Assembly (NCBI GenBank): GCA_010909165.1
Contig: MU008159.1
Span: 1,860,001-1,924,000, forward strand
Length of the DNA: 64,000 bases
Source: Anthoceros angustus
Lineage: Eukaryota; Plantae; Anthocerotophyta
Direction of reading: 5' to 3'
Each line of letters opens with the position of its first letter. Positions within the stretch are counted from its first letter, which is position 1. Under the pieces are notes generated by a model. It saw only the letters and a program-made list of their open reading frames with translations, searched no databases and had not been told where the DNA came from. The translations under genes and the position numbers were made by a program. Positions 14,510 to 28,699 of the stretch are shown one piece after another.

Positions 14510-15610
14510 TGCGCATCTTCAAGATGCCTTCGACATCGCGCCACATCAGGACTGACAGTAGCGGCACAAAGTTTTTGTCTCGAACTTGGCCCCAGTGTTG
14601 GATCTTGTCATCCACTTTTCTTTACGCTATTTAGGGTTTATGTTTGTACATACTCATGTTTAGGGTTTCCCACCACATGGACATATATATCGGATCGGAC
14701 ATGTCTCGGCCCCGTGGAAGCCCCGACTGGGCATGGTGCCGTTCAAATTGCGTTTCCCTTTCACCGTCGTGGCCGGATGTTCGCCGCGAACATCTTGATC
14801 CGATGTTTTTCCCATTGCATCTCCTTTGCGTGCCAAACAAGGTGGCCATCGAAGGTGATGTGCAGGATACTAATCGTGCAAAGCTTCCTCCCCTGGCACT
14901 TCACCTTTGAAAGCCGAACACATTGCGGGAAGGAAACCGGTGCAATCACGGGCATTACGGATCTGAAAATGCTTCACACTCTCCCTCCTCAACCTCATCA
15001 AAGCAGGCAATGTCCTTTGCGTCCTACAAATCCACTTCCGGTCCTACGGACCGCCACAAGCGCATCTTCAAGATGCTGCCTTCGACATCGCGCCACATCA
15101 CTCGAGACTGACAGACGTAAGGCACAAAGTTTTTGTCTCGAACTTGGCCCCAGTGTTGGATCTTGTCATCCACTTTTCTTTACGCTATTTAGGGTTTATG
15201 TTTGGCACACTCATGTTTAGGGTTTCCCACCACATGGACATATATATCGGATCGGACATGTCTCGGCCCCGTAGAGCCGAGCTCTGGGCATGGTGCCGTT
15301 CAAATTGCGTTCCCTTTCACCGTCGCGTGGCCGGATGTTCGCGAACATCTTCGATCCGATGTTTTTCCATCGTGCATCTCTCCTTTGCGTGCGAAACAAG
15401 GTGGCCATCGAAGGTGATGTATGCAGAGATACTAATCGTGCAAAGCTTCCTCCCTGGCACTTCACCTTTGAAAGCCGAACACATGCGGGAAGGAAACCGA
15501 TTGCAATGCGGGCATTACAGATCGAAAATGCTTCACACTCTCCCTCCTCAACCTCATCAAGCAGGCAATGTCTTGCGTCCTACAAATCCACTTCCGGTCC
15601 TACAGACACC
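14510..15610. repeat. Tandem duplication, unit ~550 bp
   Basis: GCGCATCTTCAAGATG...GGCACAAAGTTTTTGTCTCGAACTTGGCCCCAGTGTTGGATC occurs at ~14510 and ~15060. The copies differ mostly by small indels. Confidence 0.9.
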
Positions 15611-16499
15611 CGCGCGCGCATCGCGTTCAACCAAAAAACATCCGAACATAGTGCGCTCACACCTCATGGTGGGGCGCTCCTAAACAAAAACACCTCCCTA
15701 CGCCACGGTCGAGCGGAAGAGCCTCGAGCGAGCCCTCCATCCTCTTGTGCTCCGGAACTTGGCTCCTCCTCAGACTTCCGTTCGCCCCTGTCTTTTCTTT
15801 GTGGAGGGGAGATATCCCTCACGGACATGGGAGGTGCACCCGGTTATGGCCATGGGGCAGTGCACCGGCATCCCTGTGAGGTTGGGGAGGCGGGTTCATC
15901 CCGGCACCAATGGGAAGGGGACCGAGCCCCGGAAGGCGTGGCGGGGGCGATTGGAGGGTGGCATCCACCACAACCGCACTTGCACATTGGCCCGATGGCA
16001 TGGAGGATGCGGCCATTCTTTGCGTTCATGTATTCCATGAGCCTTGAAACAGCTGTTCCAGGCTGCGTTGTCGGCCCGGTCGTCAGTCTGTCCATCACTC
16101 CCTCCATGTCGGTGCGGTGGACCCTCGGGTTGCGCACCTTCTCCACCACTTCAAGAAGGAGGCGATGGCGCCCGTCATGGCGGCGTCGATTACTGCATTG
16201 GACTTCGCCGTTGCTACCATACTCGGAGCTCCATTGGGTGGATGCCCCTGTGTTCGGCCTTGGGCGGTGGCCCCTCCCAGTGCTGGCCCCATTCACGCCT
16301 CTCGGCGGCAGGGGTTCGCCCCTCCGGCACTCTCGCCTTGCATCTTCGCCGCCGCCCGCCCGCCGCTGGGTCTGCCCCCATTCTTCCTCTTCCTCGGGTG
16401 CCCGGTGCCTCGAGCTCAACGATGAGCTCGGCCAGCTCTTCCCTCAGCCTTCCTGCCTCCTCAGCTCGCGGCCGCGCCCCGCTCGATCTTGGCGGCGCT

Positions 16500-18300
16500 C
16501 CACGTCCGTATAGCGGATGCGGACGAAGTTCCGTTTTGTCGTAGATGACCTGTAGGGCTGGTCTCGTCCACTCGTCCACACCGCAAACCCAACTCGCGGA
16601 CATATGAGTACGGGCATGGCAAAGTTCACCACTTGCAACCCGGCATTACGAGGCATGACAATGAACGAACCCACCGGCATTGTCAAACACATTGCGATCC
16701 GGATTGTGCGTGTTCACCTGAGTCTTCCGATTGTGTGGCCGCGCTCCCTCGCCCCGCCGTTCGCAACCCGTCCACGTCTCCATGTCGTCCTGGGCGCCTC
16801 CTCTCCCTCCTCGGTTTCGTTCTCCTCCACTCTCACCGGGCGCCCCGCAGGCTCCTTCCCGGCACGGAGCCGCTTGCCCCACCATCCTCATACGCCTCGT
16901 CCCCACCTCCTCCGCCCCTCACGCACGTCCAGTATAGCGGATGCGAACGGGTTCCTGCTGTAGATGACCTGTAGGGCTGGTCTCGTCCACTCCGTCCACA
17001 CACCGCAAACCCAACTCGCGGACATATGAGTACGGGCATGGCAAAGTTCACCACTTGCAACCAAAGATTACGAGGCATGACAATGACAATCGAACCCACC
17101 AGCATTGTCAAACACATTGCCACGGCGGATTGTGCGTGTTCACTTACCATGAGTCTTCCGATTGTTGTCCGGTGGCCGCGCTCCCCTTCGTTCGCAACCT
17201 CCACGCCTCGTCCGTGGCGCGCCTCCCTCCTCGGTTGCTTCTCCTCCACTCTCACCGGGCGCCCCGCACGGCTCCTTCCCCCGGAGCCGCTTGCCCCACC
17301 ATCCTCACCGCCTCCGCCCCACCTCCTCCGCCGCCCACGGCACGCCCCGAGAAGGAGGCGCAAGGGATGCGGTCCTCCGTCACGGCATGCGCCTGTGTTT
17401 GCACCTCGCCTTGGCGCAACCACATGGGTTGCGATCCTTAGCCGCCTTGCGGTAGTTGGTGGGGCGCAGCGAATGTCGGCTGAGGCTCGAAGGCTGCTGC
17501 GGCCCTCGGCGCGCATGCGGCCGAGCCATCCTGCTGCGCCATTGGCGGGCATGCGGTGAGCCACCCTCACTGCGGCCATTGGTGGCTGCGGTCGACCGAT
17601 CCACCCCTTCCCTACGGTCGGCACCCGGCCGTCATCCTCCCGCTGCGGCCCGGCGCATCGACAGCTGCTGCTGCGCGACCCTCGGTGTCGCCTTCAACGA
17701 CCCCTCATCTGCGGTCCGGGGCAGATGCATCGCCCCTCTGCCCCTCCGGGTTTGGGCGGGGCAAACCGGCGACCATCGCTGCCGCAGCGACCCTTTGTGA
17801 AAGCGACACCTCCCGGCCGCTTGTTGGGGGCGCCCGGTAGCCGAAGGCTGGAGGGCTCCACCAAAGCGGCATCGGGATGCCTCATCGCGGCCGAGCCATC
17901 CCACTGCTGCAGCCATTGGCGGGCATGCGGGCGAGCCACCCTCACTGCGGCCATTGGGCTGCGATCGGCCGATCCACCCCCCTGGGCGTCGGCACCGCGG
18001 CCGTCCTCCTCACTGCGGCCCTGCGGCGCATGCAGCAACCCGGCTGCTGCTGCGACCCTCGGTGTCGCCTTCAACGACCCCTCATCTGCGATCCGGGACT
18101 TCCTTGGCGGCAATCGGCCCCTCACGCCCTCCGGGTTTGGGCGGGTAAAGCCGGCCATCCGCTGCCCCCGGACCCTTTGTGGGTGCAGACCTCCGGTGCC
18201 GGCTTGTTGGGGGGCCCCAGGTGGCACGCCAGGCTGCGGAGGGCTCCACCAAGGCGGCATCGGGATGCCCCGCCTCGGCATCGCGACGACCGAGCCCTCC
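16500..18300. repeat. Two adjacent tandem duplications (~450 bp and ~380 bp units)
   Basis: GATGACCTGTAGGGCTGGTCTCGTCCACTC...GAGTACGGGCATGGCAAAGTTCACC occurs at ~16545 and ~16965. CGACCCTCGGTGTCGCCTTCAACGACCCCTCATCTGCG occurs at ~17676 and ~18053. Confidence 0.85.
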
Positions 18301-18889
18301 GCTGCTGCATGCTCGTCCGTGGGCAGCTGTCTTCAAGCATTACTGCGGCCCTCGGTGGGCTGGCCCTGCCTCCGCTCCGCTCGCTGCCGGGGGCGAGCGA
18401 TGCCCCGCCGCCGCATCGGCCATTTCCTCATCGTCGCCACCGCCATGGCGGTGCTCCATGCCCCCCCCGGCCATGCCTTCCGGTCGCCTCCTCCTCCCGT
18501 CCGACATGCATGGTGTGTCGAGCTCCATGTCTTCCACCTCGCCGCCCGCCTATCGCAAAACGCCTATGCTCGTGAGCTTCCACTTTGAAAAGTGGCACTT
18601 GGAGTTCTTGGTGAAGAGCCCCAACTTGCGCCCCAAGAAATGCTCTGTTATGCACTTTCGGTGGCATTTGGCACCCCAATGCATCACGTTGCCACCGGTA
18701 GCGACTGTTTGGCGCTTCGCGCCAAGCTGCATTCTGACTATTCGATTTCAACACCGCGGTTGCATGGTGCATGTTGCCACGCTTTCGATTGCGGTGCGGT
18801 TCCAACCTTCTAACTGCTTACTTGCTTGAGTCCGGACGATCGTTGACCGCTAGTCAACCTACCACTTCCGCCTTTTCCGATGTGTTCAC

Positions 18890-20100
18890 GCCATCTATCC
18901 ATGGCATCTACACGGTACTTGCCTTTCGCCTTGCCTATAAATAGGAAGAAAAGTCCTTCGCATTTGGACCAATGTCACATGTGCATTGCCTATGGATGGC
19001 ATCCACATGGTATGTATGCATGATGGCTGGTTGACATGTGATGCATGAACATTTGTACCTAGATCTTTGTGCCATGGCACAATCCATGTATGTGCACCGT
19101 CATGCATGTCGGGAAGGGTACCATGCCACATATAAAGGTCACGTGCGTATATAGAGAAGACATAAAATCAAAACCCAAGGAAAAGGTGCCCATGACACGG
19201 CATCTACGTGACATGGTCACATGCATCACATGTCAACCGGCATCATGCATACATACCATGTGCATGTGCATCGTGATATATGTTCGCGGTACTCGGCATA
19301 CATACGTCAGCGAATCTATATAGAAAAGACCTAAAATCAAAACCCAAGGAAAATGTGCACATGGAAAGCACATGGTATGCATGCATGCGGGATGGATGGT
19401 TGACATGTGAAGTATGTGAACATGTATACCTAGATGCTGTCATGGGCACCTTTTCCATCTATGTGCATCGTGATGCATGTTCGGTACTATGACACATATA
19501 TAGGTCGGTAGCATCTATATTCAAACTACGTAAACACCATAACCCAAGGAAAAAGTCGTTCTTGATTGCATGAATATCAATTGTTCGAAGGCCAAGGACA
19601 AGTGGGATTACAAATATACCTAAGCGCCTACCATCGGTGGTGGCACTCCATCAACAGTTCCGGTTTTTGCCTATATATGGGCTACCCAACCATGGACTAC
19701 CAACTACACGCTACTTGCCTATCCGCCCTACACCTATATATAGGAAGAAACGTCCTTGGCCTTTGGACCCTTGGCCTTTGGACCAATGTCACATGTGCAT
19801 CGTGATGCATGAACATGTCTACCTAGATCTTTGTCATGGCACAATCAACCTATGTGCATCGCGATGTTTGTAAGGCACAATTACTCGACACATATATAGG
19901 TCACCGCACCTATATAGAAAATACCTGAAAATCATAAACCAAGGAAAAGGGCTAGTAGGTTGTTAAGCGCATAAATATCATTTGTTCAAAGGCCAAGGAG
20001 AAGTAGGACTCTAAATAGATCAGTGCCTACCATCGGTGTGAGGTGGTGCTTCATCGAGAGTCCCGGTGGTTTTGCCTATATATGTGGGCTACCCAACCTA
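18890..20100. repeat. Internal repeat family R (ATGCAT/CCCAAGGAAAA-rich ~140-150 bp subunits), left copy
   Basis: Reiterated AAAACCCAAGGAAAA, TGACATGTGATGCATGAACAT..TACCTAGAT and GGCCAAGGA motifs. It is a reverse-complement homolog of 30990-32400. Confidence 0.8.
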
Positions 20101-22759
20101 TGATTCTTCGATTGTACATGTTTGTCATAAAGGATAGGCATACCCGTCCCTTCTTTTCTCTTTTCCCTCTTCTCACCTTTGGGAACCGCATTGTCTAGTG
20201 GGACGTCGGTTCGCTGTCTTTCGCAATGGCGCACCTGCGCCGCAATGCTCATGACTAAGCGGTCGCAATGGTCATATAGCTACTTGGTTTCATTTGGTGA
20301 TTCTCGGTTTGGTCCAAAGGCCAAGGTCTTCCTTCCATTCATTGATTGACATATTGGTGCAAAGGCCAAGGAGTTTTGTTCCTTCATTGCCAATGTGAAA
20401 GCTCCAAAGGCCAATGAGTATTTTCCCTTTCATGGTCGGGATGGTCCAAAGGGAAGGCCTTGTCTTCGTATATATAGGCGAGGCGGGATAGGCAAGTACC
20501 GTGTAGTTGGGAAATGGATTTTCTTCCTACATGAATCGGACCTTACATTGGACCATTCGTCAATCCGGATTACATTTTAGTCCTTGGCCTTTGGGCGTCA
20601 ACGAGAAAATCATGTCATGAACTAGTCCTCGGCCTATGGCCCAATGGCGAAAACAACGATGTTGTTTTCGTCATTGGGCCATAGGCCGAGGACTAAAGGA
20701 TAATCTGACACATGAAAACGAAAACAAAATCGTTGTGCTTTGGACCCCGACCACTACAGGCAAATTCGTCATTAGGCTTTGGACCGATTACAAATTCAAC
20801 TGCGGATCCCTTGGTTTGCGAAACACCAAACTTATGGAGGAGTATAAAGTGCCTTTGCTACCGCCATTCCACAACCACTCTTCCACTCGCGATCGCGGCC
20901 ATTGCTATTATGAGCAGCCGCCATCGCCACCCAGCAAGTTCACGCTATGCCTCCGGTGATTGCGGCGGGGCGCAATCAATGCACCTCCTTTGGAGGCCAT
21001 TCCTGCGCCTCTCGCCGGTCCGTCGCCGCCCCTCCACTGCACATTCGAAGGACCTTCCTCCCACCGCATAAGGCACCGCGCGCTGCACAACGACGGATGG
21101 TGTGCGCGTGCGAGTGGGCTCACCATCGATGATGCACCAAAGCGCCTTCCCTCCGCATCCGCGACTGCGCTGCATCCCCTTCTTCCACACGCATTCCAAA
21201 CTCCTCCGGCGTCATGCCCAGCACCTCACCGGCACGGCACGATGGCCCATACCTCGCTGTCTCATCGAGGAGCACCACGACCGCGACCGCACTTCCACGT
21301 CGCACACTTCCTGCAGTTGTCTTCTTCCAGCGCTGTCCCTCAGCTCTCGCATCCGATGTACAGCAAGAACTTTGAGCTGTCCACCCCTCGGATTGTCACA
21401 ATGACAACAACCTTGCTCGGCGGTAGCTGCACCACCCTCGCAGTCGCCATGCGTACCCGGTGCACGCTCCACACTGGAAGACCTTCCGCCTCCAAAACCC
21501 CACTGGCCGCACCTCTTTCCATTTGCCCATTGTGATTGTCGGGCAGGCCGCAGCCGATTGGAACCTCTGGCGGACTGCACTTCCGTTCCCGCGCCATTCG
21601 ACCTGGCCCGGCGCAAATGCCACCGCCAACCCTCATTTTCCGTATTATTGCGCCCGACCTTGTTTCATCCATTCTCAATTGGTGACGGAAAGCAATTCAC
21701 GTCGAGGCGGCCGTCTGTTCCACATGCGGTTCGATCGTATCCGTCGCCGCAAACCAAGAAGTGAGTGCGGACGGGCTCAAAGTCTCTTCACATTAGTGCC
21801 CTCTTGTGCGGGGCCGGGACAAACACAACCGAAAACCACTTGCGGTCTCTAATGAAGCAGTCCGACTCGAGGCCTTTCAAGCGTTCCCATACACGGAGTT
21901 CATGCGGATGGCTTGTCACCCGCGTGGCCATCACGAGCTTGAGACATAGGCGGGAGGCGATGAGTGCGAGCACGTCCTCGCTGGCTGCCCAAATGCCCGG
22001 AGGAACTTGCACGACCACCATTGGCACCTGCGTAAACTCGCGGTGATGAAGGTGAGCAGTGCGCTCTATCGCCGAATGACATCTCTCGACGATTTCACGA
22101 ACATTTCTCTAAAGCTGCGGCAAGCGCCTCGAATCTCACTCACTCGAGGAACGCCACCGCATCCATGCGTGGCGGTGAAGAACTTGGTGACACTCTCAAA
22201 CGTGCACTCCCTAGACACTCCAACATGGCCCTCTTGTCCGTGCACCACATGCGGAACCCTCTCCCACCCACCCGCGTGCGGGCACTCGGTGAATAAAAGC
22301 GGTCCTGCACCTTCTTCCGAATCGCGCGCCACCGCCCGGGACATGCGAGGGCTTGTCGGCCACATGCTTGAAAAATCCGGGATGCGCCATCGGACCAGCG
22401 GCCGATGAAATCGCAGCGCTCCTCTTCGCCTGCCGAGCCCAGCGTTTCGATTCTTGGAGGATGGCCATGGTGTGGGTGGGTTGTCAACATATCCGTCTTA
22501 AAAGCCCTCTTCAACGTCCTCTCTGCGCATCCTTCCACTCCTTGTGCACGCCATCCTTTTGGCTCCCTAGTGCGTGCGAGTGTGGCAAATGTCATGGGAC
22601 GACTCACCTCAATGCCATTTGCCGGCATGTAGCGGTGAAGAACATGGCACCTGAAGGAGGCATCTGCCGTCGTCAGCGCACCTGCACATTTTGCATCAAT
22701 TTACAGCCAAATATCTTACCATGCTGCTGTAGGGGTCGGATGCACTCACGGCGATGTGG

Positions 22760-25700
22760 TAATGTGTACCGGCAGCGTTGCGTTGAACCGCCGTCCACAA
22801 ATGACGGCGACTCCAGTACTTCGGGCCTCGGCGATGCCGTCGCGCACGTCCTTTCCAACCTCGTGGACTACATCACCGTGTCCCGTGCAGATCGCACTCT
22901 AAGCGGTGGGAAAGGTCCCCCTCCCCGGCCGTGAAATTGTCGAGCAGTTGTTGGCACTCCATGCCCGCCTCAACGCAATCACCAATGGCGTCGTTGCGAA
23001 CCCCATCGGCGTGCAATAATGGCATCTTGCACTCACGAGGGTTAGGATGTCCTCGAATCGCCGCTCCCGCTCCGTTGACGGCATCTGAGCCTTCTCGGTC
23101 ACGCCGCATCGCAGCGTGTGCGGCATCGTCCTCGCTGGAATGCCAGCGCGCGTCTGCCGTTCTTTCTCCTTCCTCCGCCCTACCTCTGGGCCCATGCGGC
23201 TGCGGTGCGGTGGAGCATCTCGTCCTCATCCATCGCGAACCTCAAGTTGGTGCTATTCGCGTTATGCGCAACTCTTCCGCCGTCATGGATCGAAGGTCCG
23301 GTCGTCCATGTCCTCGAAGGCGCACCGGTGGAGGCCTCTGCGTCCGAAGAACCCGATGGTGGCGATGTGGTAATGTGTAGCAGCACCGGCGACAGCGTTG
23401 CGCCGTCCACAAATGACGGCGACTCCAGTACTTCCGAGCCTCGATGCGTCGTAGGCCCGTCCACTCCAACCTCGTGGACTACATCACCGTGTCCGTGCAC
23501 AGTGCGTCACTCTAAGCGGTGGAAAGGTCCCCCCTCGGCCGGTGTCGAAATTGTCGAGCGTTGTTGGCACTCCATGCCCGCCTCAACCGCAATCACCGCG
23601 GCGTTTGCGAACCCCATCGGCGTGCCCTGCAATAATGGCATCTTGCACTCACGGAGGTTAGGATGTCCTCGAATCGCCGCTCTGCTCGTTCGGACGGCAT
23701 CTGAGCCTTCTCGCAAACGGCCCGCAGCAGCGCGGCATCGTCGCTTCCTGCCGCCGGAATGCCAGCGCGCGTCGGCCGTTCTTTCTCCGCCTTCCTCGGT
23801 CGCCGCTCGAAGCCCCCGCGGTGCTGCGGTGCGATCGGAGCATCTCGTCCTCATCCATCGCGAACCTCAAGTTGGTGCTATTCGCGTTATGCAACTCTTC
23901 CGCCGTCATGGAGCGAAGGTCCGGTCGTCCATGTCCTCGAGAAGGCGCACCGGCGGAGGCGCGCTGCGTCGAAGAACCCCTGGATGGTGGCGGTCGAACA
24001 TTTCCGGCCGTCCATGCCTTGGACCATCGGATGCGAGCCCTTGGTCGTACTGCGCCCGTGTCCACGAGATGTTGCAGCCTTGCAAGCGGCCGCCCCATGT
24101 TCCGATCGCCATTCCGCCTTCTCGCAAGTGACCCAAAATTTGAGAAAGAAGCTCCTCTCGATGGCTCGCCTCGCCCGCGCGCCGCGCCTTCAGCCTTCCC
24201 TGCGGTGGTGTGCCGGAGCTCTTCCACAACTAAGAAGGTCCGTTGCCATGCCGTCGAGCCTCTTCCCGCTCCGCGAGGCGCTTCCATCAGCAGGCGTGCC
24301 GCGCGCGCGCGCGGGGACTTCGTGCGCCCGCCTCCGGGGGGCAGGCTCTACCGCTGCCGTTGGCCTTGGGGAGAGGAAATTGCCTCCTCCCACATGTCCC
24401 GGTCGAGGCGGGTGGGATCTTGGCAGTGCCTCAAGGTCGGGGATGCGGACGGTCGGGCGTTGTTGAACTCTCCCTCCAGGCCGCGACCACGACCACCGCC
24501 GCCTCCTCCATCCTCGGTGACATCCACTTCTTCCTCCTCCGGGGCCATACCTCCGAAGGCGCCCGCCTCGCTCCACCTCCGCCTGCGGAGGTGTAAATTG
24601 CGCGTCCACGTCCCGGATGTACAGCATTTGCATCACTGTCGGCCTCTGTGTGTTGTCTTCGGGAAATTGGAATATGTTGGATACACCGGACTTGTGTGTC
24701 GCGGCAGCGCATCACGGACCACAAAGCGGCCGGTCGGGCCACCGGGCTTCGAATAGAGCCTCGCACGCATCAACAATGGCACACACCCGTTCCTTGACGG
24801 CGTTGTATCGTCGCCCGGCATGCGCACCGTAGCTCCACTGCGTGAGGTCGAGCGGACAACGACCGCCTTCTCCATCTCCCAAGTCGACCTTGGGAAAGCC
24901 TTGTCGGTACTTTGTCGGGCGGCTTTGTGCCGCGCCTCCCATGAAGCGGTGCTCCGCGCTCTTTTTCTTCCGGGGCCTATACCCGCCGTGATTCCAGTGC
25001 GTGAATGGGATTGTCCCAGGCGCGGGCGCCTCGCTCTCTCGGCGTCTCCTCCTCCCACCAATGGCGTGGCGCGGAATGCGTGATGATCCTCCCACCCATT
25101 CTCCGCCATATGTGGAAGGGCCGCTGGGGCGACCACGTTGAACCTCCGGCTCCGACGATGGCGGCTTGGGCGGGCAGCGTCCATGTCCCGAGGGTGGCGG
25201 GTGGGATGCTTGGCGTGCCTCAAGGTCGGGGATGCGGACGATCGGCGGCGTTGTTGAACTCTCCCTCAGGCGACCACCGCCCGCCCGCTATCCCTCCATC
25301 CTCGGGACATCCACTTCTTCCTCCTCCGGAACCCTACACCTCGAAGGCGCCCGCCCGCTCGCTCCACCTCCGCAGAGGTGTAAATTGCGCGTCACGTCCC
25401 GGATGTACGGCATTTGCATCGACTGTCGGCCTCTGTGTGTTGTCGGAAATTGACAGAATGTCGGATACACGGACTTGTGTGTGTGTGCAGCGGCATCACG
25501 GACCACAAAGCGGCCGGTCGGGCGCCACGAGCTTGTCGAATAGAGCCTCGCGCATCAACAATGGGCTGCACACGTTCCTTGACGGCGTTAGTCTGTCGCC
25601 CCCCGGCATGCAGGGCACCGTAGCTCCACTGCGTGAGGTCGAGCGGACACGAAGACAACCGCCGCCTTCTCCATCTCCCAAGTCGACCTTGGGAAAGCCT

Positions 25701-28550
25701 TGTCGGTACTTGTATCCGGACTGTGTGCCGCCTCCGCCGCCCAGTGCTCGCTCTTTTGCTTCTTCCGGGGCCTATACCGTCGGCCGTGATTCGCAGCTGC
25801 GTGAATGGGATTGTCCCAAGCCCGCGGCTCGCTCTCCTGCGCGCCGTCTCCTCCTCCCACCGTGGCGGGCGGAATGCGTGATGATCCTCCCACCCATTCT
25901 CGCCATATGTGGAAGGGCCGCACGGGCGACCACGTTGAACCTCCGAGCCTCCCGATGGCGGCTTGGGCGGCAGTGCGTCGCGGTCCCGATCTTGGGCGTC
26001 GGCGGCGTGAAGGCCGCCTGGCGTCGGCGCAATTACGCGGCTCGCGGGGCGCGAACGGCGATGGCGGTGGCGGACACGCCTCCATCCGAGGGCAGCCGAC
26101 ACGGCCGCCTCCATCCGCTCCATCCGCGGATCGTCTTCTCCTTCGTCGTGCCCGGCAACGTGTGCCCTCATCTTCGCCGCTGCCGGCGGGTTGTGATGTG
26201 CAATGCTCACGGTCTTCGCTAGGCGCCATGGAGCTGTGCAAGATCCGCTAGCGATACCTTATGTCCACACCGCCACCGCCAATGTGTGCGGAGCTCTTCC
26301 ACAACTAAGAAGGTCCGTTGCCATGCCGGAGAGCCTCCCGCCTCGCCAGACGCCCATCAACGGCGTGCACGCTGCGCGCGCCGCGCGCCGGGGACTTCGT
26401 GCGCCCGCCCACGGCGCAGGCTCTACCCGCCGCTGGCCTTGGGGAGAGGAAATTGCCTCCTCCCACATGTCCCGGTCGCGGCGGGATGCGGCAGTGCCTC
26501 AAGGTCGGGGATGCGGACGGTCGGGCGTTGTTGAACTCTTCCTCGAGCGCCCACGACCACGCCGCCACCGCCCGCTATCCCTCCATCCTCGGGACATCCA
26601 CTTCTTCCTCCTCAACCCCATACACCTCCGGGCGACGCCGCCTCGCTCCGCACCGCAGAGGTGTAAATTGCGCGTCCACGTCCCGGATGTACAGCATTTG
26701 CATCACCACAAGACTGCGACGCCGCCGGGAAATTGGACAGAATGTCGCTGGATACACCGGACTTGTGTGTGCTGACGCGGGGCGACACAAAGCGCCTGCA
26801 TCGCCACCAGCTTGTCGAATAGAGCCTCGCACGCATCAACAATGGTCGCACACTGCCTTCGGCACGCGCCTGCCAGGTCGCCCCACCGGCATGCCCGAGC
26901 GGCTCCACTGCGTGAGGTCGAGCGGACACGAAGACAACTCCGCCGCCTTCTCCATCTCCCAAGTCGACCTTGGGAAAGCCTTGCCAGTTTGTATCCGAGC
27001 AGCTTTGTGCTAACGCCCGCATCCGACGGCGCCCTTTTGCTTCTTCCGGCCTATACCCGCCGCCGTGATTCCGCAATGGGATTGTCCCAACGCGCCCGCA
27101 GGAGGCGGCCTCGCCGCCGCCTCCTCCCACCAATGGCGTGGCGCGGAATGCGTGATGATCCTCCCACCCATTCTCGCCATATGTGGAAGGGCCGCGGACG
27201 ACCACGTTGAACCTCCGGCGCCCGACGATGGCGGGCAGCCGACACGGCCGCCTCCATCCGCGGATCGTCTTCTCCTTCGTGCGTGCCGCGCGCCGCGCCG
27301 CGCACTGGGCAACGCACGGCGCGAATCGCTGGCGGGCGCGGCCACGCCGCCCATCCGCGAGGGCAGCCGACACGGCCGCCCATCCGCCTCCATCCGCGGA
27401 TCGTCTTCTCCTTCGTGCGTGCTCAAAGAAGAATGGTGCCCACAATTTCTTCGCCCGCGTTGATGTGCAATGCTCACGGTCTTCGCACGCCATGGAGCTG
27501 TGCAAGATCCAGAGCTCGATACCTTATGTCCACACCGCCCGCCAGATGCGGTGTGCGCCTCGGTGGGACGAGACGCGCATGTGGAAGGAGATCGATGGCG
27601 GTGATGATCCTCCCACCCATTCTCCGCCATATGTGGAAGGGCTGGGGCGACCACGTTGAACCTCCGAGCTCCGGATGGCGGCTTGGGCGGCAGTGCCGTC
27701 CGCGGCCCGATCTTGGGCGTGACGCCGCCACGCCGTGCGCTGGCGGTCGCGCAATTGGGCCGCTCGCGGGGCGCGAGCGGCTGCGATGGCGGCTTGGGCG
27801 GGCACCACGGCCGCCTCCATCCGCGGGGCGGTAGACACGGCCGCCTCCATCCGCCTCCATCCGGATCGTCTTCTCCTTGCCGAAAGCTGTGCCCACAATT
27901 TCTTTTCGCGCCCGCGGGTTGTGATGTGCAATGCTCACGTGTCCGCTAGGCGCCATGGAGCTGTGCAAGATCGCGTGCCGATACCTTATGTCCCGCCCCA
28001 GCCGTGTGCGAGCGCCTCGGTGGGACGAGACGCGCATGTGGAAGGAGATCGATGGCGGTGATGATCCTCCCACCCATTCTCCGCCATATGTGGAAGGGCT
28101 GGGGCGACCACGTTGAACCTCCGAGCTCCGGATGGCGGCTTGGGCGGCAGTGCCGTCCGCGGCCCGATCTTGGGCGTGACGCCGCCTCCGCCATATGTGG
28201 AAGGAGATCGATGGCGGTGGCGCAATTGGGCCGCTCGCGGGGCGCGAGCGGCTGCGATGGCGGCTTGGGCGGGCACCACGGCCGCCTCCATCCGCGGGGC
28301 GGTAGACACGGCCGCCTCCATCCGCCTCCATCCGGATCGTCTTCTCCTTGCCGAAAGCTGTGCCCACAATTTCTTTTCGCGCCCGCGGGTTGTGATGTGC
28401 AATGCTCACGTGTCCGCTAGGCGCCATGGAGCTGTGCAAGATCGCGTGCCGATACCTTATGTCCCGCCCCAGCCGTGTGCGAGCGCCTCGGTGGGACGAG
28501 ACGCGCATGTGGAAGGAGATCGATGGCGGTGATGTCGCAAGCATTGCGTG
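22760..28550. repeat. Nested set of tandem duplications (~600 bp x2, ~1.05-1.3 kb x3, ~460-470 bp x2-3)
   Basis: CGCCGTCCACAAATGACGGCGACTCCAGTACTTC occurs at ~22790 and ~23401. CCTTGGGGAGAGGAAATTGCCTCCTCCCACATGTCCC occurs at ~24364 and ~26438. GATGATCCTCCCACCCATTCTC recurs at ~25082, 25880, 27155, 27603 and 28060. Identical ORF peptides start at 27931 and 28402. Confidence 0.88.
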
Positions 28551-28699
28551 GCTGTTCAAGGTGGGGTTGCAGCCGGAAAATGAAATCATTGTCCATAATC
28601 CTCCGTATCGACATCTTGCGGCAGGCATGTGCGGTACATCGTTGAGTTACGAGAGGGGCGTGCGCTGCGGTAGTTTTGGCTCATAAAACATGATTGCTG

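Noticed and set aside
21300-21800. KDZ (CxC2) transposase assignment for the core cargo
   Set aside because: There is only a vague resemblance (WFAAT, Cys pairs). I could not find the diagnostic KDZ catalytic motifs.
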